DNA of 64,000 nucleotides from the NCBI GenBank assembly GCA_963828525.1, contig CAWHEP010000005.1, forward strand, positions 1 to 64,000, given 5' to 3'. The notes below the pieces were generated by a model. It had not been told where the DNA came from and made no database searches. It saw only the letters and a program-made list of their open reading frames with translations. This DNA comes from an uncultured Verrucomicrobiae bacterium. Lineage in GTDB: Bacteria > Verrucomicrobiota > Verrucomicrobiia > Chthoniobacterales > Chthoniobacteraceae. The position numbers and the translations under genes are program-made. Of this stretch, positions 1-9,614 are shown piece by piece; within the stretch, counting starts at the first letter, position 1, and each line of letters begins with the position of its first letter.

Positions 1-516
1 ATCCCTTTGGGCGGCAGTCGCGTCTCAACGGCTCGCGCTTACTCTAATCTGTGTCTCTGCTTCGTCGTCTCCGGTTTTTGGCACGGGGCGGCCTGGCACT
101 ACGTCATCTGGGGCTGCTTCCATGGATTGGCGCTCGTCGCAGATCGAGCCTTTTGGCTGGAGTGGAGCAAGAGGTTGCCTCGAGGGGTCAATATCCTGAT
201 TACCTTCTTCCTGGTTGCCATCGGATGGGTCTTCTTCAGGTGCGAAACCACTGGGCAGGCATGGAAATTTTTGGACGCCCTGTTCAGGTGGCATCCTTCC
301 ATCGACGAAGCTCCGTTGCTCGCGAAGGACTCGCTCGCCGTTTTAGTCGGTGGCTTTTGCTGGATCGCCGCGCCATTGCTGTCCCACAGATGGACGAGCG
401 CGTATCAGCAAGTGAGTCGCGCTCCCGCCCTGGCCTTTTCGCTTATCCTGGTTCTGGTCTGCGCAGGCCGGGTGTGCATCAGCTCATTCCAACCCTTTCT
501 GTATTTCCGTTTTTAG
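1..516 (+). CDS. MBOAT family O-acyltransferase (AlgI-like), C-terminal part; 5' end outside window
   Basis: SGFWHGAAWHYVIWG motif, WVFFR, C-terminal PFLYFRF; highly hydrophobic. Confidence 0.85.
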   Translation: MPLGGSRVSTARAYSNLCLCFVVSGFWHGAAWHYVIWGCFHGLALVADRAFWLEWSKRLPRGVNILITFFLVAIGWVFFRCETTGQAWKFLDALFRWHPSIDEAPLLAKDSLAVLVGGFCWIAAPLLSHRWTSAYQQVSRAPALAFSLILVLVCAGRVCISSFQPFLYFRF

Positions 517-520
517 CCTC

Positions 521-1885
521 ATGAATCTTGCTGCCAAACATCCGGTGGTCGAAAGAACCTTGCTTGCTGCCGCGCTTCTTCTCTTCGCGTTGCCTCTGCT
601 CATCGGCATGGTGTACGCCATTAGTAACTACTTGCCCCCCCGCTTCCGTTTGGAGGGGAGCGTGAGCTTGGGAGGGACACAACTGGATAATCCCGTAATC
701 CCATTTTCAATACGGAGCCTCCTTTCCGGCGCTTACCAGGAAAGTCTTGCCGCGCGATTCAACAAGGGTCTCCCTGGCCGGCATTTCCTGATCCGGTTTG
801 GGTGCGAGCTCTGGTACCGTCTTTTTCGCGCGTCTGCGGTTCAAAGTGTGAAGATCGTGGTCGGGCGTCACTCTTACTCTCTTCGAGGAGGTCTATCTTC
901 GGGAATATTGCCTTCAAAGAAGGCTCTCTCCAGCGATTTGGCGCCTCTCGCGGTTCGTCTCAAATGCTTCCAGGATGTCTGTAAGCGGCGGGGGATCCAC
1001 TTCTCCCTGGTGTTAACCCCCAGCAAGGCAGCTTTGTTTCCCGAGCTAATTCCGCCGCGCTGGCTTGCGTCCATGGACTTGCGCCCGCGAAGCTACGACC
1101 TGTTCGTTCCGTTGCTTCAGCAGCAGGGCGTCTGTTTTGTGGATGGGCATGCGATCACCGTGGCGGCAAAAAGTTCCGCGTCCGTTCCCGTTTTCCCAAA
1201 AGGGGGTACGCACTGGGGAGACTATCCCGCCCTGTTGACGAGCGAGGCGCTGCTCCAGGCGCTTGGAGTCCCGGGACCGAGGAGCATTGGCAACGCGCGC
1301 GCTTCCATGAACCCCTCTGCCGTAGACAGGGACCTGATCCATATCATGAATCTGGCTATTCCCTGGAATTTCCCCGTCAGCAATGCACAGATCACCCGCG
1401 AGATCGTGCCGCCGGAGCGCCAACAATCCGTCGTCTTTGTGGGCGGCAGCTTCATGTGGAGAATGGCTGAGATGTTCAGCGGCACCAACCGGTTTTCGCG
1501 CGTGGACTGTTTTTACTACTACAGAACATGGAAGGCGAGCGTGTGCGATGGAGCGGTTGAGAAGATCCGCGAACCGACTGGCGAGGTAAACTTCGTAACC
1601 GAGGTATTCGCCGCGAACAACATTGTTATAGAGATGAACGAAGCCACGATCAACGCTCCAGCCCATGTCACAGCGTTCCTGGACGCGGCTTTCCAGTTTG
1701 ACCGCGATCATCCTTCGAGTAGTCATATCGTGGGGCCGCGCCCTGTCGCTTGTGACCGGAACGTCCCGGACCTCACGCCGACCGCAAGCGCGTTATTGAC
1801 ACCTCTTTGCCCGGAAATTACAGTTGCATCTGCGGTTTCTCGTAATGCAACTTGCGACTCCTATTCCCCGGCAGAGCGTCGGTAA
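521..1885 (+). CDS. AlgX/AlgJ-like SGNH O-acetyltransferase
   Basis: N-terminal TM, LTPSKA, FPKGGTHW, VGGSF; directly follows the MBOAT gene. Confidence 0.65.
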   Translation: MNLAAKHPVVERTLLAAALLLFALPLLIGMVYAISNYLPPRFRLEGSVSLGGTQLDNPVIPFSIRSLLSGAYQESLAARFNKGLPGRHFLIRFGCELWYRLFRASAVQSVKIVVGRHSYSLRGGLSSGILPSKKALSSDLAPLAVRLKCFQDVCKRRGIHFSLVLTPSKAALFPELIPPRWLASMDLRPRSYDLFVPLLQQQGVCFVDGHAITVAAKSSASVPVFPKGGTHWGDYPALLTSEALLQALGVPGPRSIGNARASMNPSAVDRDLIHIMNLAIPWNFPVSNAQITREIVPPERQQSVVFVGGSFMWRMAEMFSGTNRFSRVDCFYYYRTWKASVCDGAVEKIREPTGEVNFVTEVFAANNIVIEMNEATINAPAHVTAFLDAAFQFDRDHPSSSHIVGPRPVACDRNVPDLTPTASALLTPLCPEITVASAVSRNATCDSYSPAERR

Positions 1886-2912
1886 AACGTTCATTGTCGC
1901 CATCAGCATCCTTGGCGTGGCTGTCCTTGCTCAACTCGGGGCAGTGGGATGGGCGTTCCTTTCGCGGTTCCATACCGTCGCGCAAGTTGAGCTTCCTTTG
2001 CCGCTGCCTCTTCCTTCTCCCGCGCTCCCGAAGGAGACCGCCCAGCTAAATCCGGGCGAGAATACCTTCGCCCCCACCGACACTTCTGCAGCCAGCGTTC
2101 CGAAACCCACGCCGGTCGCAGTGCCGCTACCTAGGCACGAATTAACTACGTCGGAGGGCCGATTGGCGGAGTTGGTGGATCAGGCGCGAGCCTTGCGCGA
2201 ACGGGGGGATACCAGCACGGCCCTTACGCGGCTGCGCGAGGCGCAGACCATTACCCCGAACCAGGCTCTTGTCATTTCCGAACTGGCGATCACCTACGAG
2301 AAGATGGGTCTCACCGATAAAGCGATGGAGCAGTGGAGGCGCATTTACGAGATGGGAGAGTCGGCTGGAATCTATTTTTCTGCCGCTGACGCGAAGTTGA
2401 AGGCCGTCGAAGCCCAGGCCCAGGCTGCCTCGGCGCCGCCAGCTCCCGCCCCAGCGAAAGAGATGGACGGAATTCAGCCGGGGTCGCAGCTCGGGCTGGG
2501 CGAAATGTCATTGGAGGAACAAGCCGATCCGACCGCATCCAGGAAGTTCTCCCTGAAAATTCCCATCAAGGCCCGGCCCAACAGCAAAATCGATGTGGCT
2601 GATGTCGTCATTCAGGTTTTCTTCTACGACATGCTGGACAACAAGGATGTCGTCCAGACGAACGCGACCGTGAACTACCGGTGGAGCACGACACCTCCGA
2701 CCTGGCAGGAGGATGACATCGAAATCCTGAACGTCGAGTATCTGCAATCCCAACCGGACGCGCGGGCGCGAAAGGCCGCGGAAGAGCGCAAGTACTTCGG
2801 ATATGTCGTGCGGGTCTATTACAAGAAAGAGCTGCAGGACATGCGCGCGGACCCCGTGAAGTTGTTGAAGCAATATCCGCCGCCTCTCACACTGGATTCT
2901 CCCGATAAATGA
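1845..2912 (+). CDS. Membrane-anchored TPR-containing hypothetical protein
   Basis: TM segment, Pro-rich linker, TPR-like helices (ELAITYEKMGLTDKAMEQWRRI). Confidence 0.6.
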   Translation: MQLATPIPRQSVGKTFIVAISILGVAVLAQLGAVGWAFLSRFHTVAQVELPLPLPLPSPALPKETAQLNPGENTFAPTDTSAASVPKPTPVAVPLPRHELTTSEGRLAELVDQARALRERGDTSTALTRLREAQTITPNQALVISELAITYEKMGLTDKAMEQWRRIYEMGESAGIYFSAADAKLKAVEAQAQAASAPPAPAPAKEMDGIQPGSQLGLGEMSLEEQADPTASRKFSLKIPIKARPNSKIDVADVVIQVFFYDMLDNKDVVQTNATVNYRWSTTPPTWQEDDIEILNVEYLQSQPDARARKAAEERKYFGYVVRVYYKKELQDMRADPVKLLKQYPPPLTLDSPDK

Positions 2913-4909
2913 ACATCCTTTTGGTGGGCGATGAGCCCTCCGTCGCGGAGGCTCTCGACTCCGCGATCGCCTCCCAGCCCGGCCACGTTGTATGCTGGAC
3001 GGCATGCCGCGACGCGGTCTCGTCCGCCGAGGCCATGGCGGAGCTTGATCTGCTTATCACAGATGTGGTGATGGAACCGGTGGATGGCTTCACGCTCAGC
3101 AAGCAATTGCGCGCAAGGTTCCCCGAGATGCGCGCGGTTTTTGTCACCGAATACGATCTCAGCCAGTTTTCAGACCTGCTTAACGGGGACAAGCTTCTTC
3201 ACAAGCCCATCGTCCAAAGCGCCCTTGCGGCGCTGATCAAAGAGGTGCCTGACGTCGAGGGCAAGATCACCGCGAGCGTTAACGCCAGCGCTAGCGCCCT
3301 CACTGAGAAGGTCGTGGCGGCTGCCATCACGCGCGAGCTTGCGCCTGGCGAGGATGCCGCGAAAGGGCAGCAGATCGGAGGTTACCGCATCGTGAGGCGG
3401 ATGGGTGACGGCAAGTGGGGGACGACCTACCAGGCGATCAGGCTCTCATCGGAGCGCAATGTGACCCTGGAGATACTCTCTCCGGCGTTGCAAGCTGACC
3501 CGATAGCCAAGGCCGGTTTTCATGAAGAGATAGCGGCCAAGTCTCAGGTGCGGTACCGCGCGATCCTCGCGGTGTATGGCGCCGAAGCGGCGGAAGAATA
3601 CGTGTTTTGGACAGGAGAGTACCTGGAGGGACGGCGCTTTTCGGAGATGCTGGAGAGCGCTACACTTGATGATGCCATGGCGTGGGTAGTCATACGCGGC
3701 GTCGCGGATGCCATGGGATATCTGGCGGAATATAACATTGCCCATTCCCTTTTCGAAGCCAGCGACATCCTTGTTTGCGCGGATGACAAAGTCTGCGTCG
3801 CTAACCTCGCGGTCGCGCGCGGCGCTAGTCCTTCCGAACAGGCCGAAATCCAGGCTTTGGCGTCTGTGACGGCTTCCGCCCTCCGGGAGGGCAAGGCATC
3901 TTCGCCAGGACTGGCCGCCCTGTTGGGCAGAATGCAGAAAAGTGGGGAGGGTGGTTTTTCTTCCTGGGCGGAGATGACCGACCGCGCCGCTGAGCTGCAC
4001 CAGATGCCAGGGGCCCACCAGCCTTTTGTTTCTGACCCAGGCGACGCGACGGAAGCGGCTCCTGTCACGGTCCCGACGCCCCCCAGACGTAGTCTCATGG
4101 CAATCGGAGCGGCGATAGTCGGAGTCGCCGCCGCGATCGTTTTGGGTTTCCTGGTATTTTCAAATCTGGCGAAGCCTCGGGATCTGAATGGCCTCGTCGA
4201 AGTTCCCGCGGGCGACTTCCTCTACCAGGATGGTCTCAGGCTCAGTATCCCCCGATTCTGGATCGACAAGTACGAGGTTACGTTGGGCCAGTACGGAGAA
4301 TTTCTTGCTGCCTTGGAAAAAAATCCCACCAAAGCCTACGACTACCCGAACCAGCCAAAAGAGAAGACCTCGCACAAGCCCTATAGTTGGGAAACTTATT
4401 ACAAAAACGCGGTGAGCGGAACTCCAGTTGGCTTTGTCCAAATCGACACCAGTTGCCCTGTTTTTCTCGTGGATTGGTATGACGCTTACGCTTACGCAAA
4501 GTGGAAGGGCCGCCGGCTTCCTACGGAGGCGGAATGGGAGAAAGCCGCGCGTGGGCAGAACGGATTCCTCTTTCCTTGGGGCAATACGTTCGATCCCAAG
4601 AACTGCAACTCCAGCTCCGACTATAACGATGACCCGAAAGTCAAAGGGACCGTGGATGGATTCAACCGTTGGTCTCCCGTAGACGCGATTATGGCGGATA
4701 AGAGTCCGTATGGGGCTATCGGCATGGCGGGGAATGTGGCCGAGTGGACTGGCACTTGGGATCCGATTTCGAAATTGCCCGTTGTTCGCGGCGGTTCTTA
4801 CCATTCACCCGATTGCATGCTCACCAGGCGTATTTTCCTTAGCCCGGACTCCGCGTCGGAGTATGTTGGCTTTCGCACTGTCAGTGATTCTGGTCCCGCT
4901 TCAAAATGA
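2909..4909 (+). CDS. Fusion of receiver domain, degenerate Ser/Thr kinase, TM helix and FGE-sulfatase (SUMF1) domain
   Basis: DLLITDVVM..HKP receiver; GDGKWG kinase lobe; RLPTEAEWEKAARG, GNVAEW, RGGS, GFR motifs. Confidence 0.8.
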   Translation: MNILLVGDEPSVAEALDSAIASQPGHVVCWTACRDAVSSAEAMAELDLLITDVVMEPVDGFTLSKQLRARFPEMRAVFVTEYDLSQFSDLLNGDKLLHKPIVQSALAALIKEVPDVEGKITASVNASASALTEKVVAAAITRELAPGEDAAKGQQIGGYRIVRRMGDGKWGTTYQAIRLSSERNVTLEILSPALQADPIAKAGFHEEIAAKSQVRYRAILAVYGAEAAEEYVFWTGEYLEGRRFSEMLESATLDDAMAWVVIRGVADAMGYLAEYNIAHSLFEASDILVCADDKVCVANLAVARGASPSEQAEIQALASVTASALREGKASSPGLAALLGRMQKSGEGGFSSWAEMTDRAAELHQMPGAHQPFVSDPGDATEAAPVTVPTPPRRSLMAIGAAIVGVAAAIVLGFLVFSNLAKPRDLNGLVEVPAGDFLYQDGLRLSIPRFWIDKYEVTLGQYGEFLAALEKNPTKAYDYPNQPKEKTSHKPYSWETYYKNAVSGTPVGFVQIDTSCPVFLVDWYDAYAYAKWKGRRLPTEAEWEKAARGQNGFLFPWGNTFDPKNCNSSSDYNDDPKVKGTVDGFNRWSPVDAIMADKSPYGAIGMAGNVAEWTGTWDPISKLPVVRGGSYHSPDCMLTRRIFLSPDSASEYVGFRTVSDSGPASK

Positions 4910-5784
4910 AAATCTCGTTTCCTTCCTTCCTGATTGCCCTCTTGTTGGTTGTTACCGGCGCCCACGCCCAGTTGCGGGTTGATATGAAGATTAAACGGCA
5001 GCTCTACATCGCGTACGAGCCGCTGGTGGCGACTGTCAGCATTACCAATCTTGCTGGTCGCGACATAACATTGAAGGACGCTGACAGTCAGAAGTGGTTT
5101 GGCTTCGTTATACAATCCGCCGAGGGCAGACTTGTTCCGCCGCGCGATCCCGACTACCAACTGATGCCCTTGGTGATCCCGGCGGGAGCCACGTTGAAGA
5201 GGACGGCAAATCTTTCCGTGCTATTCCCGATTGCCGACTTCGGGATGTATAAGGTGCGCGCCAGTATCTACTTCGGCGATATGCAGAAGTACTTCGATTC
5301 GCCGAGCCTGAACATTCAGATCACGGAAGGCAAGGTCATCTGGCAGCAGACCGTCGGGGTTCCGGCAGGCCAGGAAGGGGCGGGAACCATGCGGACACTT
5401 TCGCTACTCACATTCCGCTTGGCTCGGGATAACAGGCTCTACGTTCGCGTGGAGGACAAGGAGGCTGGAATCATCTATGCTACCCGGCAGTTGGGGCCTG
5501 TGCTCTCGAACAATCCACCGCAAGCCGAGATAGACCGGGCAAACTGCCTCCACATTCTCCAACTGGTAGGCTTGAAAACGTATTTGTACAACAAAGTCGG
5601 ACTGAACGGTGAGTCTTTGGCGGAGACCACCTACAATGCCGTGACCACGAGGCCGAATCTGCGCAAAAGGGATAATGGTGATGTCGCCGTGGCAGGCGGC
5701 AAGGTGGACGTCCCCGCTGACGTGCCAGTTGGCGCGCCCCAGCAACGCGTGACCAAGCTCTCGGATCGGCCCCCCGGCTTGTAA
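4906..5784 (+). CDS. Secreted hypothetical protein
   Basis: Signal peptide ending AHA-Q; 292-aa ORF translationally coupled to the upstream gene. Confidence 0.7.
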   Translation: MKISFPSFLIALLLVVTGAHAQLRVDMKIKRQLYIAYEPLVATVSITNLAGRDITLKDADSQKWFGFVIQSAEGRLVPPRDPDYQLMPLVIPAGATLKRTANLSVLFPIADFGMYKVRASIYFGDMQKYFDSPSLNIQITEGKVIWQQTVGVPAGQEGAGTMRTLSLLTFRLARDNRLYVRVEDKEAGIIYATRQLGPVLSNNPPQAEIDRANCLHILQLVGLKTYLYNKVGLNGESLAETTYNAVTTRPNLRKRDNGDVAVAGGKVDVPADVPVGAPQQRVTKLSDRPPGL

Positions 5785-5787
5785 GCT

Positions 5788-6534
5788 GTGGAACCGGGCT
5801 GTACCCAGCCGGGAATAAGCGTTCTCATCCCGGCCTTCAATGAAGAGGTGTTGATCGCCAGGGTAATCGGCAGCGTTCAGGCCGCGTTTCAGGAGGCGGG
5901 CTTTGCTTCCTACGAAATAGTGCTTTGCGACAATAACTCTTCGGACAACACAGCCAGGGTTGCTTCAGACCTCGGCGCGCGAGTCGTTTTCGAACCCCAT
6001 AATCAAATCGCCCGCGCTCGCAATACCGCTGCAAAAGCGGCTCGGGGCAAATGGTTCATTTTTCTCGATGGAGATTCCTTCGTTAACTCGGATTTGATCC
6101 GGGAGACCATAGATTGCTTCCAATCCGGAGTCGTTTGCGCGGGAGGAGCGGTGCTCAAGTTCGATCGGGAAAGGATCCATTTCTTCCCGGCTCTCATGAC
6201 CCGGCTCTGGAACCGGGTGTCCTCCCTCCTCAATCTTGCGGCAGGATCCTACCTTTTCTGCTACGAGACCGCATGGAGAGAGGTTGGCGGTTTTGACGAA
6301 CAGATCTACGCCGGTGAGGAACTCTTTTTTTCGCAGAGTCTCAAGCGGTGGGCGAAGGCGCATAAACTCAGGTTCCGTGTGCTCACCCGCTTTCCCATCA
6401 CCACTTCCGCTCGCAAGCTCGATTGGCATAGTCCTATGCATCTCTTCATGACCGTGCTTCGGATGGCTCGCCCCGGATCTCTCAAAAACCGTGAGATGTG
6501 CGACCTTTGGTATAAGCGGCCTGGATCGAACTGA
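5788..6534 (+). CDS. Glycosyltransferase family 2
   Basis: ISVLIPAFNEE, DNNSSD, ARARN, FLDGD, GGFDE, TSARK. Confidence 0.9.
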   Translation: MEPGCTQPGISVLIPAFNEEVLIARVIGSVQAAFQEAGFASYEIVLCDNNSSDNTARVASDLGARVVFEPHNQIARARNTAAKAARGKWFIFLDGDSFVNSDLIRETIDCFQSGVVCAGGAVLKFDRERIHFFPALMTRLWNRVSSLLNLAAGSYLFCYETAWREVGGFDEQIYAGEELFFSQSLKRWAKAHKLRFRVLTRFPITTSARKLDWHSPMHLFMTVLRMARPGSLKNREMCDLWYKRPGSN

Positions 6535-6538
6535 CTGA

Positions 6539-7735
6539 TCACTTCCCGGCTGCGAGGCGGTTCGTGACGAGCGATATAAGGCTCCGTTCCTTCTTGAGGC
6601 GCAAAACCCGCTCATACACGCGCAGGGTTTCGCCCATTTTGACATCCAGGGAAAAACAGCCGCGAGCTTTATCGAGCGCTGCCTTGCCTAGCCGCTGGCG
6701 AAGCGCGGCGTCCCTAACGATGCGGATGATTGCGCCCGCGAGCGCGTCAACATCGCCAGGCGGCACTAATAAGCCCGTCACTTCATCCTCGATGATTTCG
6801 GGCAGGCCGCCTACACGGCTGGCGATCACCGCCTTCCCCATGCACATGCTCTCAGGCGCTGTTCTCGATTGGGCCTCGGCCAGAGACGGAACCACAGTTA
6901 CGTCGAGAGCCGCCGTCGCCTCCGCGATATTCGTTTCCATGCCATTCATGAAAAACGGCTTTTCAACGGTGGCTTGAAAGGGATTTGCAGGCAGCCATGG
7001 GTCATAGCCAAACAGCTTGCGCGCCAATCCGCGGTAGCTTTCGCGGAACGGTGATAAGCCGCCCTTGTGATCCCCGATGACGACGAACCGCGCTTCTGGA
7101 ATTTCAGCGCAAGCCTTGGCGGCAGCCTTTATGAACTCCTTTTGCCCCTTCTCTGGCCGCAGCATCCCCACACAGCCGATCAATAGTTCTCCCGGCCGGA
7201 TACCCCAACGTTCGCGAAAGAGTCTTCCATCCACTGCGGGATTAAAGCGAGTCGTATCGATACCTTCCCCGACAACGGAGATGTGGTCGGCGGAAATCGC
7301 GTTATCGCGTACGAGGGCTTCGCGGATGCAGTTTGCGGCGGCTATCAGGTGCGAGCACCCCATTTTATAAGCGAAATTCCGGCGAAAGCCTGTTCCGACC
7401 GGGTTTGTAATGTGCCGCGTTCGGATCACGGGAACGCCCAAAAGCTTCAAAGGGAGGGCAATCCATGCGTCCACGGGACTGTGCGTATGGATGATGTCGC
7501 AGCGCAGCCTTGTGTAGAGCCACGCGAGCCTCGATGTCGCGCGGTGATCCCATGTCCCTCGCATTTTCATTGCGAGAGCGCAGGGACTGTTGCCGAGCGC
7601 CGAGAACAGTTCGCTGCGTCTGTCGCAGGCGATCCATGCCTGGTGGCCGTTGCTATTCAGCCACTCCACCTCCGCCACCGTCCTATATTCCTGTCCGCCG
7701 GAGCTTAGGCCGGGTTCCGTGTGGAGGATGCGCAA
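6539..7735 (-). CDS. Glycosyltransferase family 4
   Basis: GGQE, IIHTHS, EKGQ, ASRVGGLPEII, TGLLVPPGD. Confidence 0.9.
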   Translation of the reverse strand: MRILHTEPGLSSGGQEYRTVAEVEWLNSNGHQAWIACDRRSELFSALGNSPCALAMKMRGTWDHRATSRLAWLYTRLRCDIIHTHSPVDAWIALPLKLLGVPVIRTRHITNPVGTGFRRNFAYKMGCSHLIAAANCIREALVRDNAISADHISVVGEGIDTTRFNPAVDGRLFRERWGIRPGELLIGCVGMLRPEKGQKEFIKAAAKACAEIPEARFVVIGDHKGGLSPFRESYRGLARKLFGYDPWLPANPFQATVEKPFFMNGMETNIAEATAALDVTVVPSLAEAQSRTAPESMCMGKAVIASRVGGLPEIIEDEVTGLLVPPGDVDALAGAIIRIVRDAALRQRLGKAALDKARGCFSLDVKMGETLRVYERVLRLKKERSLISLVTNRLAAGK

Positions 7736-7792
7736 GAGAACGAGATGGTATTTTCTGGGAAGGGGGTTTGCCGGGAGGCATCCTGTAACTCA

Positions 7793-8548
7793 GTGACCAG
7801 AGTAAATCAAAACTATACATCGCTCGGAGAGTTCCGGTCGCTCTTCGAGAAAGGGTTGCCCATCCTTATGTATCACAAGATAGGCAACCCTCGCGGTCCC
7901 AACAGTTTCCTCTATGTTTCACCGAATCTCTTCAAAACTCAGATGCTCGAATTGGAAGCTGGACGATATAAGAGCCTGCTTCTCGACGATGAACTGGCGG
8001 CTGTGGGCGAGCGCCGGATCATTTTGACTTTTGACGATGGTTACCGCAACGCCTTCGAGCGTGGAATGCCTCTACTTGAACGCAGCGGCTTCAAGGCCGT
8101 CCAGTACATCGTTTCCGGTCGCCTTGGTGGCACGAACGACTGGGACTTGGCGAAGGGAATACCGCCCGAGCCCTTGATGGATGAAGCGCAAATTAAGGAT
8201 TGGCTCGGAGCGGGGCACCAGATTGGCGCTCACACAATGACGCATCCTGTCCTGACGCAGGTGCCGGTTCAGCGCGCTCGAGAAGAGATCATCGCCAGCA
8301 AGAAACTATTGGAGGACAGGTTTGGCATTCGGATCGATCACTTCTGCTACCCCTATGGCAAACTGAACGCCGCCGTGGTGGATATTGTGCGGGAGGCGGG
8401 CTTCAAGACTGCAACCTCTACACGATTTGGAATTAATACTCCGGGAACTTCGCCCCTTGAGTTGCGCAGGATCATCGCCCGCTACCGGTCGCGGAATTTC
8501 CGCTCGGCTTTGCGGCGTCTGCTCGGTTTAGCTCGGTTTGTGGAGTAA
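7793..8548 (+). CDS. Polysaccharide deacetylase (CE4); start uncertain
   Basis: PILMYHKI, LTFDDGY, IGAHTMTH, FCYPYG. Confidence 0.9.
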   Translation: MTRVNQNYTSLGEFRSLFEKGLPILMYHKIGNPRGPNSFLYVSPNLFKTQMLELEAGRYKSLLLDDELAAVGERRIILTFDDGYRNAFERGMPLLERSGFKAVQYIVSGRLGGTNDWDLAKGIPPEPLMDEAQIKDWLGAGHQIGAHTMTHPVLTQVPVQRAREEIIASKKLLEDRFGIRIDHFCYPYGKLNAAVVDIVREAGFKTATSTRFGINTPGTSPLELRRIIARYRSRNFRSALRRLLGLARFVE

Positions 8549-8612
8549 GGGCGCGCCCATGGCGAACATTCCTCCTTGCACTACGGCAGCCTTCCTTTTA
8601 CTTCACTGCCGT

Positions 8613-9518
8613 ATGAGAGGACTTCCCGGACTTGTTGCGCGTCTGCTTGCTGTGGCTGTGATCCTTGGGGCCTCCACCCATTCCGCGTCAGCGGCGCGCA
8701 AGCACAGAAGACCCGATGCGAGCCCAAGTCCCTCTCCGGGTGATGATACGGCCTACCTGCCCCAGACCCTCCCGCCCAATCCCTCCTTCAGCGGAGTGCC
8801 TGACGTCCATGCGGTCGCGGTAATGGTGTTCGACCCCCGTTCGGGACACGTTCTTTATGAGAAGAACGCCGACGAACACCGCCCGCCAGCGTCCACTCAA
8901 AAACTGCTTACCTCCTTGATCGTCGCCGAGGCGGGCAATCTAGACAAGATCGTGACCGTTGAGGCGAGTGACACGTGGGCCGAACCGGTGAAATTGAACT
9001 TCAAGCCTGGAGATCGATATACCCGTTATCAACTTCTGCAGGTGCTTCTCGTCCACAGCATGAATGATGTCGCTCGCTGCCTTGCGAGGGATAATGCCGG
9101 GAGCATTGAGGATTTTGCGGCGAAAATGAATCAGAAGGCCGCCGAACTGGGTCTCAATAACTCTCACTTCGTCAATCCGAACGGTCTTCCTGTTCCCGGG
9201 CAGGACCCATGCGCGCGGGATATGGCGAGGATCGCCCAAGCCGCCTACGCCAATCGCATTCTTCGTTCCATTGTCTGCTTAAAGTCGCTCGACTTCCATT
9301 ACGCGGATGGCAGATCTCGCGAGTTCAAGAATACCAACAAGGTGCTTCAGAGCTACGCCCTCTGCAACGGTATGAAGACAGGCTACACGGAGGCCGCTGG
9401 CCACTGCCTTGTCGCGAGTGGCGAAAATGAGGGGCGGGACGTCATTGTCGTTGTTCTCGGGGGACGACAAGGAAATCTGGCGGGATGCCTACATGCTGCT
9501 GGCTTGGGGCCTCTCTAG
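8613..9518 (+). CDS. D-alanyl-D-alanine carboxypeptidase (peptidase S11); C-terminus possibly frameshifted
   Basis: SxxK (ASTQK), SxN (SMN), KTG, FVNPNGL. Confidence 0.9.
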   Translation: MRGLPGLVARLLAVAVILGASTHSASAARKHRRPDASPSPSPGDDTAYLPQTLPPNPSFSGVPDVHAVAVMVFDPRSGHVLYEKNADEHRPPASTQKLLTSLIVAEAGNLDKIVTVEASDTWAEPVKLNFKPGDRYTRYQLLQVLLVHSMNDVARCLARDNAGSIEDFAAKMNQKAAELGLNNSHFVNPNGLPVPGQDPCARDMARIAQAAYANRILRSIVCLKSLDFHYADGRSREFKNTNKVLQSYALCNGMKTGYTEAAGHCLVASGENEGRDVIVVVLGGRQGNLAGCLHAAGLGPL

Positions 9519-9614
9519 ATCTGTCTGAAACTGCGGGTTTCCCGCTGGTATCTCATCGCAAAAACGATCGATTTCCAACTCGCAGAGCTGCGCAAGCGAT
9601 CTCTCCTGCGCGAG

